Assembly (NCBI GenBank): GCA_964016885.1
Contig: OZ024740.1
Location: 132,556,001 to 132,620,000 of the forward strand
DNA from: Eledone cirrhosa
Taxonomy: Eukaryota
DNA: 64,000 nucleotides
Reading direction: 5' to 3'
In this document: in pieces, positions 1 through 15,420 of the stretch
Layout: each line of letters opens with the position of its first letter
How positions within the stretch are numbered: position 1 is the first letter of the stretch
Notes under the pieces: generated by a model
What the model was told of the DNA's origin: nothing
Databases searched by the model: none
The model's input: only the letters and a program-made list of their open reading frames with translations
Translations under genes and position numbers: made by a program

Positions 1-559
1 TTCGCTTCTCCATATAATGTTTCTGGATCAGATGACTATATATCATAATTGATCTGGTTCAGTTGAAAATAATTAACAAATTTAAAAAACAGAGCGGCTC
101 ATCGGAACTTCAAAGGAATATAAATTAAAATAATGAGAGAATGTTACATAATATAATCTTCCATATATTGGTTTTTCACTGTGGTGTCTTGTTTGCATCA
201 TTTGTCAGACATAATCAAGCAGTATTCATCTGTCGATGCTGCATTATGTGAGATCTGCCTATGGGTATCAAGATGGCTGTCAAAGGACATATTTACCTTA
301 CTAATTAGAGGGTGGTTTCCGGGGAAGTAACTCCTCGAGAGATTAGAAATTGTGGGTAGTTTATAGTTAAGTGCTAATTTTTTATTTTTTTAATGGAGAG
401 ACAATGTAGGAGAGGTAACTTATAATTATCTAAGTTAGTCATAGCTATTTAACTTATTAGCTACGAGTAAAAATAGGGCTAGATGACTAAGTTGGGTCAA
501 ATATTCTATTGGCGAAGGAATTAGCCCTGCGATGTAGACAGCTAATAGTTACCTCCGTT

Positions 560-1770
560 CTATCGTTAATCGGTAGAGGTCGTGATAGAGTTATGTAATA
601 TGCTTCTGTAATACAGAGATCACAAGATTTTCTTCGTCCATTGAACGGTTGGGCCCTAGCCACGATATCTCATTTTAGTGAGTGTTGAACGTTGCTTAAT
701 TTAAGTTTTTTAATGAGCCTAGCTAGCGATGTGGAACATTTGTTGCTAGGGTCTCCGAAGGAAAAAAGTGCGCGTTATAGCGTACCTTAAAAGGGTTAGA
801 GGTAGACCCGATATAAGAGCTGGTATTCGAAGCAGCTTTAACCGTGCACCTATAGACTATGTTGGGTGTCAGGCAGTGTCCATTTAATGGGCATGCATTA
901 GGATAACGGCAGTTGCAGTTGCTTCTGCGGTTAGTGAGAGTAGGGTAGTTTAACCTAAGCGGTAGGTCAGTGCTAGAAGGATTAGATGGGGGAGGTGTGC
1001 TACTAGAGTAATTATTGGTGTAGTGGCGTGGTGTATTTGATAGGGGTGGTGGTACCGTGGTGTGGGAGTTATACTGTCTTAGTGTATGATAGTTACTGAA
1101 CGCGATGTGGCTAGCTAGGTTAGGTGTTGTGGAGAATGAAATTTTAATGTTATTTTTTATTAAAGAGTTTGTAATATCTATGGTTGGGGGGAAATGTTTA
1201 GATATGATAGAGAAGAAGCGTTTAGGGATATTAGTGGCTAGATTAGATGAGAATGGGGGTTTAAGTCATGTGATATTTCTAGGTATATTCCTTCTAGGGG
1301 TTCTAGTGGAGTTGGTAGGTGCCTTTCTAGGGTTATTATTACCTGGTGATTTGTTATTTGTCATCCCATTTCTCATTCCTACTCTAGGGTTGATTTTTAG
1401 TTTGCTACTAAATGGTGGCAGGGCCCTGCCACCATTAAACTTCCCTGTATAGGTGCTGTTACTGCTAAAATTCCGGCGAATCTGGCTATATGCTAAGGTA
1501 TATCTAGTTCTAGTGTTAAGTTTTTTATGGTGAATTGCTGTGTTATGGCATTTAAGTATGTAATAAATTGATTGTTCATAACCAGATTCAGAAAGAGCCT
1601 TATTATAATATTGTGCATGGTTTATAAATATCTCCTTATTTGCTGATAGCATTGAGATCCTATACGAGATAGATTTGATTACTGCTCTGATGACTGCCGG
1701 TGGGTGGTTAGAGTGTGGGCTAATATATGTGAGTATTTCACCTGGTTTATGGTAAGGGTAATACATACAT
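560..1770 (-). mobile_element. Penelope-like element (PLE), 5'-truncated and decayed: RT thumb plus GIY-YIG endonuclease
   Basis: ORF 1266-1805(-) contains YISPHSNHPP...ISYRISMLS, the PLE RT thumb. Manual minus-strand translation of about 780-930 gives CNCRYPNACPLNGHCLTPNIVYRC...SYIGSTSNPFKVRY (linker plus GIY-YIG). Stops and frameshifts are present. Confidence 0.85.
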
Positions 1771-1860
1771 ACATACCTAAATGCCATAACACAACAATTC
1801 ACCATAATAAACTTAACACTAGAACTAGAAATACCTTAGCACATAAAGTTACTAAGCATA

Positions 1861-2458
1861 CAAAGTTACTAAGACAAAACCTATATCTTGCTAGCATAAG
1901 TATACTTCTGTATAAATGTGTTGGTAGATATACTAATTCTTTATAATTATCTGCAGATTATTTGTTGAGCAAAAATTCGCCTGAATTACTGCTATGATTC
2001 ATAGTAGTATTTTGGCTACTGTATTTTTAACACCACACTCCTCACTGATTTACCTCGATGTCACGTGATTGATTCTTTTGAATTTGCCACTGACCGGGAA
2101 GGTAGTGACATTTTCAGTGTCTTGAAATTTAGTCCGCGCTTACTTCTTTTCCATTCACTGAATTATTTTTGTTTGAGATCCCTGTGTCCGCCTATCGCCT
2201 GCGATCTTAGCAGAGCATTGACTCCCTGATGAAGAAAGGAATTCTCCATAGTATAATATGTATATCCCCTTTCCGAAACTAATTAGTTGGAGTGAAACTT
2301 AAGTAAGTTAATTATTATAATTTTCTTATTTTACGTCTTTCATACAATTGTTCTACCTTTTTGTATTGAACCACAAAGTTACTAAGACAAAACCTATATC
2401 TTGCTAGCATAGGTATAGTTGTGTATAAATATGTTGGTAGATATACTAATTCTTTATA
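1861..2458 (+). repeat. pLTR-like unit with ~85-bp terminal direct repeats (1861-1944 / 2374-2458)
   Basis: caaagttactaagacaaaacctatatcttgctagcata...ctaattctttata occurs at both ends. The unit contains a hammerhead motif and ends in TA-rich sequence. Confidence 0.7.
2221..2293 (+). ncRNA. Type I hammerhead ribozyme motif
   Basis: actcc-CTGATGA-agaaagg...cctttcc-GAAA-ctaattag-TT-ggagt. Stem I is actcc/ggagt, stem III is palindromic, and the cleavage triplet is GUU. Confidence 0.75.
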
Positions 2459-2586
2459 TATATATAAATAAATAAATACGTATATAATAAATACGTATTT
2501 AATAAATATTTGCTCAACGGTCCTTATATATTTGATATATATTTATCCTTATCGAGCCCTCTTTGGATTTTAGTCTTCAAATTTAT

Positions 2587-3430
<844 letters not shown>

Positions 3431-3459
3431 TGCATGGTAAATAGAGAGAACATGATGAA

Positions 3460-3622
3460 TAAAATTATATATATATACGGCCAAACGTTTTCACATATAC
3501 ATATGTGTGTGTTTATGTATATGTATGTATACGTGTATATATGTGTATCTATAAGTATGTTTTATATATATATGTCTATATGTATATATGTGTATATGTG
3601 TTTATATGTGTATGCATATGCA

Positions 3623-3686
<64 letters not shown>

Positions 3687-4175
3687 GGATTATCGTTGTG
3701 TATGTGTATAAGTTCCTGTATGTTTGTATATGCGGGTCAGTGTAAATGTATATATATGCATGTTGGTATTTTTTTATATATACATATATGTATGTATGTA
3801 TGTATGTATAAGTATATATATATATGTGTGTATGTATGGATGTGTATGTGTGTTTGCACGTATGTATGTCGTGTACATGTGTACATATGGTTTGGGTATA
3901 TGTTCGTTTGTTGAACACGTGTACTTACATGTAGATATGTGTGTATGTGTCTGCGTTATTTACGCATTTATGCGGGTATATTTATAAATGTATATATATA
4001 TATATGTAAATGTATATATATATATGTAAAGTTCGTGTATATTTTCGTATGTATGCGGGTTTATGTGTCGCGCACGGTTTACGTACGTGTGCGCGTGTCT
4101 ATGTGTATGTGTATGTGTATGAATGGCGTGTGTTTTCGTGTAGGCACGTGTATGGATGTTTGTATGTATATATTT
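3460..4175. repeat. Degenerate (TA)/(TG)/(TATG) microsatellite tract
   Basis: Low-complexity sequence that produces spurious YI/CV ORFs. Confidence 0.9.
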
Positions 4176-4653
4176 AATTATTTTTACCATTATGATTTTA
4201 ATAACCTGTGTCATTTTTGTTCAACAAATTTATTTACATTATTCTCAATTCCGAAGCCGAGAATCATTCGGTTTCCTAAATAGAATATTAATCTAATGTC
4301 TCCATTTATACCATAAACGTGGTTTTGTCTTTGTGTGTAATTGTTCTCAACGACCCAAATAACGACGTAAGATCTTCGCTTTTTTTCCATTCAGGGAACT
4401 TCTCCACTAACTAAAGTATCGCTTTCCGTTTTCCTACGGTGGCAACGTTTTTCGAAATATTTACTTATGCGTTTAGAGATTGATTTTTTTTTAGTTTGAG
4501 AAGATCCCGTTAAGGATGAAAGCAGCGATTCTTTGCTTAAACTTTAATCTGTTATTTTAATAAATATTTGCGCTATGGTTCTTATATATTTGATATATAT
4601 TTATCCTTATCGCGCCCTCTTTGAATTTTAGTCTTCACATTTATTATTATTAC

Positions 4654-4696
<43 letters not shown>

Positions 4697-4699
<3 letters not shown>

Positions 4700-5047
4700 A
4701 AAAAAAATGAAATCGAAAATGCAACGGGAGTCTTATTTTTAAAAAATATATATATTTATTTGGTTCCGTTACCTGTTTCGCAGTTCTTCTTCTTTTCAAA
4801 GGTAGAGTTGAGAAGGGGGGGTATGTGTTTTTTCTCAGATGTGAGAAAAACGACAGACCCTCCATCTCAACTCTACTTTTGAAAAGCAGAAGAACTGCGA
4901 AACCGCAAAGGAACCAAATAAATATATATATTTTTTTTAAAATAAGACACCGGTTGCATTTTCGATTTCATCTTTTTTTCTTTATACTTTCACTCGCGTA
5001 GTACACCTCGGTTATTTTTCACTTTGTAAAAAAACCTCACTTTCTAA
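4697..5047 (+). mobile_element. Foldback non-autonomous PLE-derived element, family A, copy 1
   Basis: Inverted arms at about 4697-4820 and 4855-4980, then a tail ...aaaaacctcactttctaa followed by (TA)n. Homologous to 40741, 46795 and 47275. Confidence 0.75.
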
Positions 5048-5089
5048 TATATATATATGTGTGTGGTGGTGGTGGGTGGGTGTATGTGG

Positions 5090-5166
<77 letters not shown>

Positions 5167-5453
5167 GAGAGAGAGATGGAGAGAGAGAGAGAAAGAGAGG
5201 GAGAGAGAGAGAGAGAGAGAGAGAGGGATATATAGATATATATGCCTGAGTGGGGATTTCCATACGCAGATGTACAAATTCATGCATATGCTTGTTTACG
5301 TTTTGTGGTTTAGGAAGTTTTCTTCAATTTTCTTGTCTTCCTTTAATATAAACAATGATGATCAGGTTCGAATGAATTTATAATTTTTTATTGAGCACTT
5401 TTACTAAAATATATTGTGATGCGTCCTCTGAAGCTCATGCGTATCAATCCTTG

Positions 5454-5500
<47 letters not shown>

Positions 5501-5809
5501 AAATAAATGTATGTAAACACTCACGCATACTGATATACATACATACATACATACATACATACATACATACATACATACACTTGGATTTGCGGACAAAAAG
5601 CGCAGCTCCCTAATTCATAGTCTACACATGGCTGCGATAGCTGGCACCTTCAAAATATGCAAAACATTCTTGCGATTCAAGGGATGACAATTTCTTTTCT
5701 TTTACAACCTTGCCACCAGGAAGGTGGCCGGTCAAAAAAATATACTCGAAATTAAGAGAAAGAGAAAACATACATACATACATACATACATACATACATA
5801 CATGCATAC

Positions 5810-5888
<79 letters not shown>

Positions 5889-6699
5889 CATATATATATA
5901 TGTATGTGTGTTTGTATGTATGTATGTAATATGTTTGTATGTGTATATGACAAGTAAAATTAATATATCTACCTAAGATTAGTGTTTATCGTATATGTTT
6001 CCCAATGTCTGGAGTTTTCATACCTTCGCTAATTGGATGGTTTGTGACGCTGAATATCTCCTGACATCCAGCAACCGTTGCAATAATTAGTTGCAAGTGA
6101 GTACTATCTGACATTTTTTCGTATATAACATGCAGTGTTTGTCCTTTCTTCGGTTTGGCATATCACACCATCTTTCTTTTTCTAGTAATATTTATTATCA
6201 TCATCATCTTCCACATTATTTTCACTCTATTCGTTATCATCATCACCATTCATCATTATCATCACCAACACCATCATCATTATCACCACCATCATCGCTC
6301 ATCATCATAATATATAGTATAATAGCAGTAAAAATAAGAGTACTTTTTCTAATTTTTCATAATTTTGGAAAGATGAAATGTAAAGTTGACACTAGCAGAA
6401 TTCGAGCACAGAACGTAAAGCCTAGAAGAAATAACACAGATATGTTGACGCCTCAATTATTTTCTCATTCAACTAACCTTGAGCTACATAGTAATTCTGT
6501 CATTGTTTAGCTACTTGGACATTTGCATTCAATCCTATTCAAGCAAACAATTATAATAAACTATAAACTGTAGGGGAGGTACAACAATTTAAAGGGAGAA
6601 AAATGAAGTTATACGAAAACTGAGGGGCTGGTCGAAAGAGATATCCCCAAAATATACTTGTACAAAAGTTATGTGAAAAGCTTTTGGGAATGTTTTTTA

Positions 6700-7830
6700 C
6701 CAGGAACTTATCTTCTGTATGGTTCTTTTATATTATTGTCTTCTTGAAGCATCCAGAGCCTGGGGCTTTGGTGAAGCACTGACAATGTTTGGGCGCCAGG
6801 GTCCACAATCGTCAATTTCAGCATTGCATATATGTTCCTGTGAAGCCTGTGTCAGTTTGATAATAGATTATAATGCGTTCTACGATCGTCCAACTCGTCT
6901 CTTTATGTACGGGGTCCAGAGGAAATATTTTCCAGCTAATTCAATGTGCCGAGTGTCACCAACGGCAAAGGCCAGGCACGACGCTTCACAAAATCATAGA
7001 TGTGAGTCAGAATACATATAAACCTTTTTGCTGTATGATGTTTCCAAGAGATATACGTTGCAAGTAGCATTCTGGTGTATGTACAATCGAGTCTTTGCGG
7101 CGAACAGTAGCCAACGTCCATGACTCCGAACCGAACAGAAGGATCGTTTTTATACATGCAACAAACAACTCTGTCTTTGAGTTCTTGTTGATGGCTGTGT
7201 TCTAGTATCCAGTTTAAGGAGTGACGCATAATCCAAGACTGAGCAATTCTGACAACCATGTTGCGAGTGTAGTCAGTGTAATCACCCAGAAATATGACAT
7301 CAAGCCTGAGTTCTATATCTGCACAATCTGATGCGAGCTGGCAATCATCTAGAGAAAGATTCAAGTGCATATACTTCGACTTTGGTCCATTCAGAATCAG
7401 CCCAGCAACTTGGCATTCATTCTCAACCCCGATGTTTCAATCTTATGCAGCCAATGTCATATGTTTGAGAAGGGCTATTTCATCAATGCAATCAAGAATA
7501 GCTAGGATTTTGGCAGTATGAGGGTGACTAGGATGTCGCCTCAGTCCCAGGCTATCAGTTTCAATGATCGATGTCATATGCATGGACATGAATGATGATG
7601 CAGAAGATCAGGTCGTGAGTGTCGTTCTGGACAAAAATTGTGTCGATGTTGAATGCATCACTTTCACCATAAGATGGGATTACTACTCCAGTGGTATTCT
7701 CGTACATGACTTGGATCATGTAGACAACATAACATGGAATGCTGCAACCTTCAAATATTTCAAGCATTGTTTTGCAGTGGATAGCGTCGAAGGCCTTTTG
7801 GAAATAAGTTATAAACAGCAAGATCGTAAA
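6700..7830 (-). mobile_element. RTE-like LINE fragment (RT and C-terminus), decayed
   Basis: FQKAFDAIH..., a GLRRHP segment, YTRML...ISWKHHT...VKRR. Multiple stops. Confidence 0.75.
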
Positions 7831-8978
7831 GTAACTTAAAACCTATATTAGTATTTGTGTGGCAGTAGCGAAGGTTACTAAGAAATGAGATATATGTATA
7901 TTTTAATTGTGCAAATGCAAGTAAATATTTTTACAGCAATGTAAACTTTGCTGGGTACCTCTTATAATAACGTCCCCAATATATGGTCTAACCTGGGTTT
8001 TGTTATTCTTCCATTTCATTTATTGTTATAATGAAATGCAGAGTTACGTATAGTTGAATACCTATTAAGCTATAGATACTGTGCAGGCTGAAATCTGTTG
8101 CAGTATTTACTTGCGTATCTCTCACAGCATATCTAGATTGTATTTGATTATAAGCACTTTAGCTCCTCTGTGTCATTAAACCATTGATGTTCGGTACTTG
8201 TTAATTTTAGGAATAGGACTGTGTCGATAATTCATTATAGAAGAAATAAAATGTCGTCCATGACATTATGGCAGATTTGATTAAATTTGATTAAGGAATG
8301 GATATTAGGTTGAAAATCACAATTGCTAAGTTGCTAAGTTATCGATCTGTCAATTCACAAGATGTCTTCATTATCTATCTGCCGTATCACTGAACAAGGC
8401 AACAGAGCACTTAAGCAGTTAAGTACCAATACATAGAACTCCATTAATCACACTGGCTGATTGACAAGCGGGAATTTACGAAGTTTAAACTATACTTAAT
8501 TGCGCTGAACGAATGAGTCAATTCGGAAGAGAAGAAACATCATAACCTTCGAGAAATGCTTCTCTGGGGCGGTCTATTTCATTTAAAGCGTCTTGTTTGG
8601 TTTGATATATTAATTAACGCAATTGTAAGTAAACTATTAGACATGAATTGGAAGAGAATTTACTTAACTGATTCTGATAATCTTGAATTGTGCTGCTATT
8701 AATAATTCGAGATAAAATCATAATCAACTATGTAAGAATATAGATTCATATATAAAGTAATTGTTTCATTAATAACAAAAGCCACAATTGAAATATCCAA
8801 ATACTAAAAGTTATCTCCCAAATTCCGATATATACTTGCTTTATATAATTCGTTTCCGAATAAATATGGCCAGGTTCTATATGAACACAAATCATGAAGG
8901 TTTGCCCCATGCTTTCTGTCTTTCTTAATGTAAACGCATTTGAACTTGATTTTCAATAATTTTCGCACATATAAACAC

Positions 8979-9068
8979 GCATATCTGATGAGGTGTCGAC
9001 GCAGAGTCGGGCAGCGGTCATTGTGATTGTACCAGAAGCTGATTTATATTGAAACGGCTGTAATATGT
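8979..9068 (+). ncRNA. Putative isolated type I hammerhead motif
   Basis: gcatat-CTGATGA-ggtgt...atatt-GAAA-cggctg-TA-atatgt. Stem I and the core are intact. Stem II is weak and G-U rich. Confidence 0.5.
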
Positions 9069-9894
9069 CCTTCATCATTAGATAGATTTAGAAATAGAAG
9101 TAAAGTGAGGTAAGAGTAAGTAATGAGGAAAGAGAGTAGGAGGAAAAAAAAACACACGAGCGTATTCAGTCGGCCGCCTTGAAGAGTGGCTGGACAAGTG
9201 GTATCTTCCGCGTTAGAGAGGTTTAGGAAGGAAGGTAATCAATGTGTGATTGGTGGAAATGTAAGCATGCATAAGTGTGTTTGTGTGTGAGTCGGCCCGT
9301 GCATACATGTGCGTGTGCGCAAGAAGTTGAGTTCGTATAACTGAAAGAGAAGTTTTGAACCGTGACGGGCTGGCTACTGAGAGATTGGGTATCCGTGAGT
9401 GAGCGTGCCCGATTGAACTGACCGACGTAAGGGGACGTATAAGAAAGCATATGAATTTCTACATATATATACACATAAACGCGAGAGGGGCTGTGTAGAA
9501 AAGCGGTTCTATCTACGACAAACTCAATCTTATGCGATACATTATAGAGACGTTGACAAAGGATCCTGATACGTGTGCGGTCCTGATCTATTTATATCAA
9601 TGGAAATCCTTCAATAGGGAAGGCCACTGCAACCTGGCAGCATTCATCAAATTAGCCGTCTTCTGCATTGTACAGTGACGTCTGCTTGGGGTCAGAATAA
9701 TCGGGTACCTCTCGGAAGTATTGAAACTCAAGAACTTATTCCACTATCTCGTATATATTGTATGTAATGATTATCAAGCAACTACTAAACGCATTAGAGA
9801 CGTAGAGAGAGATGCTATTAGAATTGAGATGTAAGACATCAGTATAAACATATAGCAACAACTTAAATACGTACCAATAAAAGGATCTAAAATT

Positions 9895-10440
9895 AACCAA
9901 GACATGTCGGTGGGTCTGCAGCTTTTACACCTGGAGTTACAGGTCCACGTTTTCCAACAACATACCTGGGTACTGGAGAAAGAAATCGATTCAATTGCGT
10001 GGGATGTGGTTTCGTCCAGAACTCCAAATTAATAAAAACTATGTCGACGAACTAGGCCGAGAGGAAGCAATCCCTGAACCATGGGTTATATGTGGCCAAT
10101 GTGTATATCGCATCAGATATCTAATCCAAACACACCATCTTGCCTTGTCTGGCTCTGCACTGAAGTGTTTGCCCTTTAGTATTTTTGGACGGGAAGAGTT
10201 CTAATCATCAATTTTCTACCAACATCTGATGCGTGGACGCACACGTCGCGTGTCGTGTCCGAGTATCGCTGACTAGTGTGTTTGCGTCGAACACTTCCTG
10301 TTACGTATAGATCGGCCGTGATGATCACCCCAACGCCTTTCTTCGGGCAGGAAAGGCAAGCCGTTTTTATCTGTCTCGTGGCTATGCCAAAGAGGTCGTA
10401 TAGTGGACACTTTTAAAATGGTTGTACACACGTGCCTTCC
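9895..10440 (+). mobile_element. Highly decayed Tx1/L1 ORF2 fragment
   Basis: Resembles the SVGLQLGTW...WFGPDLQ...AVFICLVAMAKE segments of the Tx1 copies downstream. Confidence 0.6.
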
Positions 10441-10849
10441 TCTTTAGTGATCCCTGATTAACTTTTTCAGGTTTCACTTGAATATCAAAAATCAGGTAGG
10501 AGAGGAAAGTGCTAACTTCCAACGAGTTTGTTGAAAGGGTGTGATAGTGATGAGATTTGCCCGAGTGAATGGGACTGCTGTGGTTGTGCGCCTGTAGATT
10601 GGAAGAGCACAACTAAGGAAGGAGAGGCTTAATTCCTTTAGCGGTCCATGTGACCGTGGCTACTTTGGGCTTTCTTCACTAGTGACACTTGGAAGTGTCT
10701 TCCCTGTTGGTGAATTTTGTTTCATTATATAATATGAATTTTTTTAACATGGAAACACCCACATTGTACCGTCCTGGGCGTGTTTAGTGTTTTCTTAATA
10801 TGAACTCCATGTGTCTAATAAATTTATCATTGTTGTTGTTCTTGTTGTT

Positions 10850-12105
10850 ATCATTTCAAATTCTTGTGAAAAGGACAAGTTCCTTTGGTGACGCGGTCCA
10901 ATTGCTGCCAGCACCCTCTACGCGGAGGGCTGGGTTCGGTGGCTAATGGTGTGCTGAGGCTGCGAGATCTCCAGATATTCTGCCTAAACGGTGAACAGGT
11001 GTGGTCGCCGTTTATCAGACGGGCCTTTCCGCAGCTCGTTTCTATGACTGAGCTGCAGTCCTGGGTCAAGAAGAGACCGAGACTGGGTGACTGGCACCTG
11101 GAATGTTGCTAGGCACTCACTGCCCTCTACCAAGCGCGCAAAGCGATCAGTGGAACTTCCACTCTCGAGTTATATAGAGGATTAGTGGTGGGCAAGTGCG
11201 CTGACGCACTCGACGAAGTCGAACTGGCCAGTCTGTACCGGAAGACTTTCGAGCCGGGATGAAGGACAATTTCCAGAAATCCCTCGCTTGGCAGTGCTAC
11301 CGGGGGGCAGTGCCAGTTCGGGATGAACTCTACAGGCACGGAAGTGCTGTCAGACGGACCTGCCCAATATGCGCACAGAGCGACGAAACCGTTCTGCACG
11401 CACTTGTCCAATCTCCGTGCATTACTGACTTGTGGAGTTATGTTGAACAGCTACTGTCACGGGTGGAACGACCCCGGCTATCGGCCGAGTCCCATAGTGA
11501 AGATCGACCCACCGACTTCCGTAGGTCAGGTAGAGCAGGAATTTTCCTCTGACTGGTGGCCGTTGCGAATGAGGTTATATGGTGGACCAGATTAAAAGGA
11601 CTGAAGACGGACACTTTTCTCTTCGTTCAATCCCTCATCAACTTCTTCAAGTTTAACTTGGAAAGGAAGGTGAGGCTGGCGAGAGAAATGCAGCCTCCCA
11701 GTACATTTGCTAAAAGGTGGATGAATGTGGCGAGAATGGACCGTGTGAATGGACCTACTCTGACCATGCGCTTATAGGCTAGCTAACTTGAGGAGAGGAG
11801 TGCTCTCCCTGGGTTCCCTAGAAGCGCATGGTGGTTCAGGATTGGTGGGGTACCTGAGTCACCCCTGGGTTGTCCACCCGCTGTAGGGGAATTTATTGTG
11901 TTATATTTATGCATAGTTTATTTTATATTTTTATATTTTCATTGTTGAATTAGTCTTTCCATTGTGCACTTATACTCGACCTTATTGTAAACCCCCACTG
12001 TCCCTGTCTTTGAAGTGTCCCCTACATATCGGCCCTTGTGGCTAATAAATGAAATCATCATTATTATAATAATAATTATTATTATTATTACTATTATTAT
12101 TGTTA
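10850..12105 (+). mobile_element. 5'-truncated Tx1/L1-clade LINE, 3' end with (ATT)n tail
   Basis: ORF pieces ...CPICAQSDETVLHALV... and RVNGPTLTMRL. The 3' UTR matches the element at 25256-31170 in the opposite orientation. Confidence 0.9.
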
Positions 12106-12169
12106 TTCTTTGAGTCTCAGTCATTGATGTTAGTTAACTGGAAAGTTTGTTGAAATGAACATCAAGCCA

Positions 12170-14431
12170 CCACCTGCATCCTCAGATATTCAGGACGTAT
12201 CGGAGGCTTCTTGCTGTTCCCAGCAAGCATGCCTTTTGAAGCGTTCCAAAAAGCGTGAAGGGGCCAATTTTCTTTGACCATCCCTGGAAACTTTTTGAGA
12301 TAGTCCCTAGTGCGCCTATGACAATCGGGACCACTTTGACTTCATGGCAGTTCCAAATCCTTTTTTCCTCCCACTTTAATACCTGGTATCGTTACATTTT
12401 CTCCCTCTCCTTTTCTTGCATCCTTGTGTCAAATGGGCAGCTACATCTACAATCAGGCACGATCTTTTTTCCTTGTCCAAAACCACCAGGTCAGGCCTAA
12501 TGTGTTCTAAATTCTTGTCCGTCTGTATCCTAAAATCCCATAGCACCTTCACCAGATCGTTTTCTATCACCGACGCTTATGCTCATACCACTTCTCAGAA
12601 TGTGGCAATTTTTTTACTTTCCATAGGTGCCAGTGGGTCACCCGCCCATCACATCATGTCTCCAGCCTTTATAGTGAGTCTGGGCTAGGTGTTTACACTC
12701 GGATACAATATGAGCCACAGTCTCCTCTCTATCTCCACAGATCCTACGCAATGGGCTAGCCTCCTCCTTGTAAATATGGTGTTTCACCCACTTCGTTCTG
12801 AGGGCCTGCACTTGCGCAGACATTAGCATTCCTTCTGTAGCCTTTTTAAGGTCTCCTCTTTTTAACCAGTTCCATGTGTGTGGTTCTCTAAGTTCAGTTT
12901 TCTTAAAGAAGGTACTATGAAGGGATGTTTCATGAAGGTTTCTCTTCCTCTTTGTTGTTATTTCCTCCTTGGACATCCCCTGGTCTATTGTCCTCTCCAT
13001 CAGTACAATTCTGAACATTGGCTCCCTACTATCAGTCATGTATTTGTGTAGGTTGTTTTTCTCCATCTGAACACAGTCCTCTATGCTGATAAGACATCTT
13101 CCACCTTCAGATCTCCTTAAGTAGAGTCTATCGACATCACTCCTTTTGTGGAACATGTTGTAGATAGCCATAGCTTCCTAGTCGTCATATCCATTTATTT
13201 TTGTTCAGCAACATTCCTTTTCAGAATTCCCACAGTGTACCTAATAATAGACACAGCTCGAAATTCACTGCACTTATGACATTCCTACTATTTAGATGTG
13301 ATTTTAATACGCTCCTTATTCTCCTAATGTACCCAGACTTTATATATTGTTTCATTTTTTTGTTCTTGATGACATCTTCCTCCAGAACACCTAATTATTT
13401 ATATCCTTCTTCAGTGTAAATTTCCTTTATCATCTCACCTTTTGGTACCTGGATTCCGTTGCTTCTGCTCAATTCACCCCTCTTCATCACTAGGACTCCA
13501 CACTTATTAATACCAAATTCCATACATATATCATTGCTGAAAATACGGACAACTCCTTCTCACTCTTCCCAAATAGTTTAAGATCGTCTATAAAGAGGAG
13601 GTGGTTGATGGTAAGGTCTCATTTTCCCAATTTGTATCATGCGCTCACTTTTCGCAATATAATGGTCTGCTGTATCAGTGCAAGGACAAACAGCAGAGGG
13701 GACAAACTGTCTCCCTGGAAGATAACTCGCTTGATCTTCACGCCTTCCAAGGATTCTTCACCTGATGTTAACTCTGTTTCCCAGGACTTAATACTTTTGC
13801 TCAACAACTGTCTGATGTTATCTGCCACCTTGAAGATCTCTAGGCTTTTGGTTATCGAAGAATGAGGTAACATGTCGAATGCCTTTTTGTAATCTATCCA
13901 TCCCATGGCAAGACCAGTGTGTCTCCTCTTGCAATTCCTCATTACTATCTTATCAATAAGTAACTGGTCTTTTGTACCAGGGGACTTCTTTCGGCATCCT
14001 TTCTGTTCGTCGGGTAACAAGTTATTTATGTGGAGGTGATGGTAGATTTCCTCAGACACAATGCTTGTTAACAGTTTCCTCATTACGGACTAACATGTGA
14101 TAGGTCTATAGTTGGTAACATCATTACCCTTGATTCGGTCTTTCATTACCAGAACTGTGGTACCTTTTGTCAACCATTCTGGTACCTCACCCGACATCAA
14201 GCAGTCATTGAACATGGTTGTCGGTTTCGGGTGGAGGGATGTTATATTTTTAATCCAATACCCCTGCACACCATCTGGGCCTGGTGATTTCCAGTTGGAT
14301 AGTTTTCTGGCCTGCCCTTATAGAGTTTCAACTGTGATACTCAAATCAGTTTGTTGGTGTGCTTGTTCACTAATCTCCTTTTGTACTGTCTCAATCCCCA
14401 CTGCCTGACTATCATGTTGAACATCCTGCTC
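12170..14431 (-). mobile_element. R4/Dong-like non-LTR retrotransposon (RT, CCHC and RLE endonuclease), 5'-truncated
   Basis: [73 protein letters not shown]. Flanked by (ATT)n/(TAT)n. Confidence 0.9.
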
Positions 14432-14474
<43 letters not shown>

Positions 14475-15420
14475 GCACTAATTCAAAATATGATAATGGT
14501 TTTATAACAATAAGAACACAAAGAAACGGAAAATATAACAAAAATTGCTAACACGAAATAATGACAGGGAATCTGTTTAAATGACAGGAAAAAACATTAA
14601 AATACAGGAGTGAGAGGTATTACAGAATATAAACATGTCAAAAGAGTGTTTTCATGATATCTCGAGGAAAATCTAATAAATTGAATAAAAATGTTGATTT
14701 CCAATACCGAGGATTTTATTCTTGTCAAGGGAGTATTCATAAAAAAATATATATATATTTGTTGTAAAGCAAAACACAAAAAATATTGATAACGTGGCGT
14801 AGAATAAAAAAAAACAGGATCATTATATAATGTTATTATGTGAAATTATTAAAATGTTCCACATAAATAGTATCTTAGTACACATTCTGGATATTATCTT
14901 AAATCAAAATAGTGAAATATATTTGAAAATCTGTCAAACGATTGCATCTGAATATTCTTGCATACTTACATAATATTTTTATGCGTGGCGAGTACATATG
15001 TTTGGACGTGGGTATATAAATATTCAAATTACACACACACACATAATAAAAATATTCTGCTCTATGGTCAAGTTGTTAACGTTTCGAGAGCGAATGAGAA
15101 GTCGTTGAAGAAAAATTCTTATAACATCTACACAACACTCTTCCTTTCCTAAGTATAAAGTACTAAGTTGTAATCATCGTCTTAGTCTTCTCAACGGGTA
15201 TTATTCCACCTATATATAAATTTATGTTTATATACTCATCCGTTACCTAATATTATCACACGACCCTAGAATATTATTCTCTGTACCCTTTATATGTGTT
15301 TATCTTTAATCACTCCTCATACTCATTCAGGAATCACACTACATATAACCCGAGCTAACTGGGGACTAAATATAGTATTCTTACCTATTTCGTAGATTTT
15401 GCCAATGTTAAACATCACAG

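Noticed and set aside
15341-15377. Possible Helitron 3' end (small hairpin plus ATAG-T)
   Set aside because: Too degenerate, with no canonical CTRR and no identifiable 5' end.
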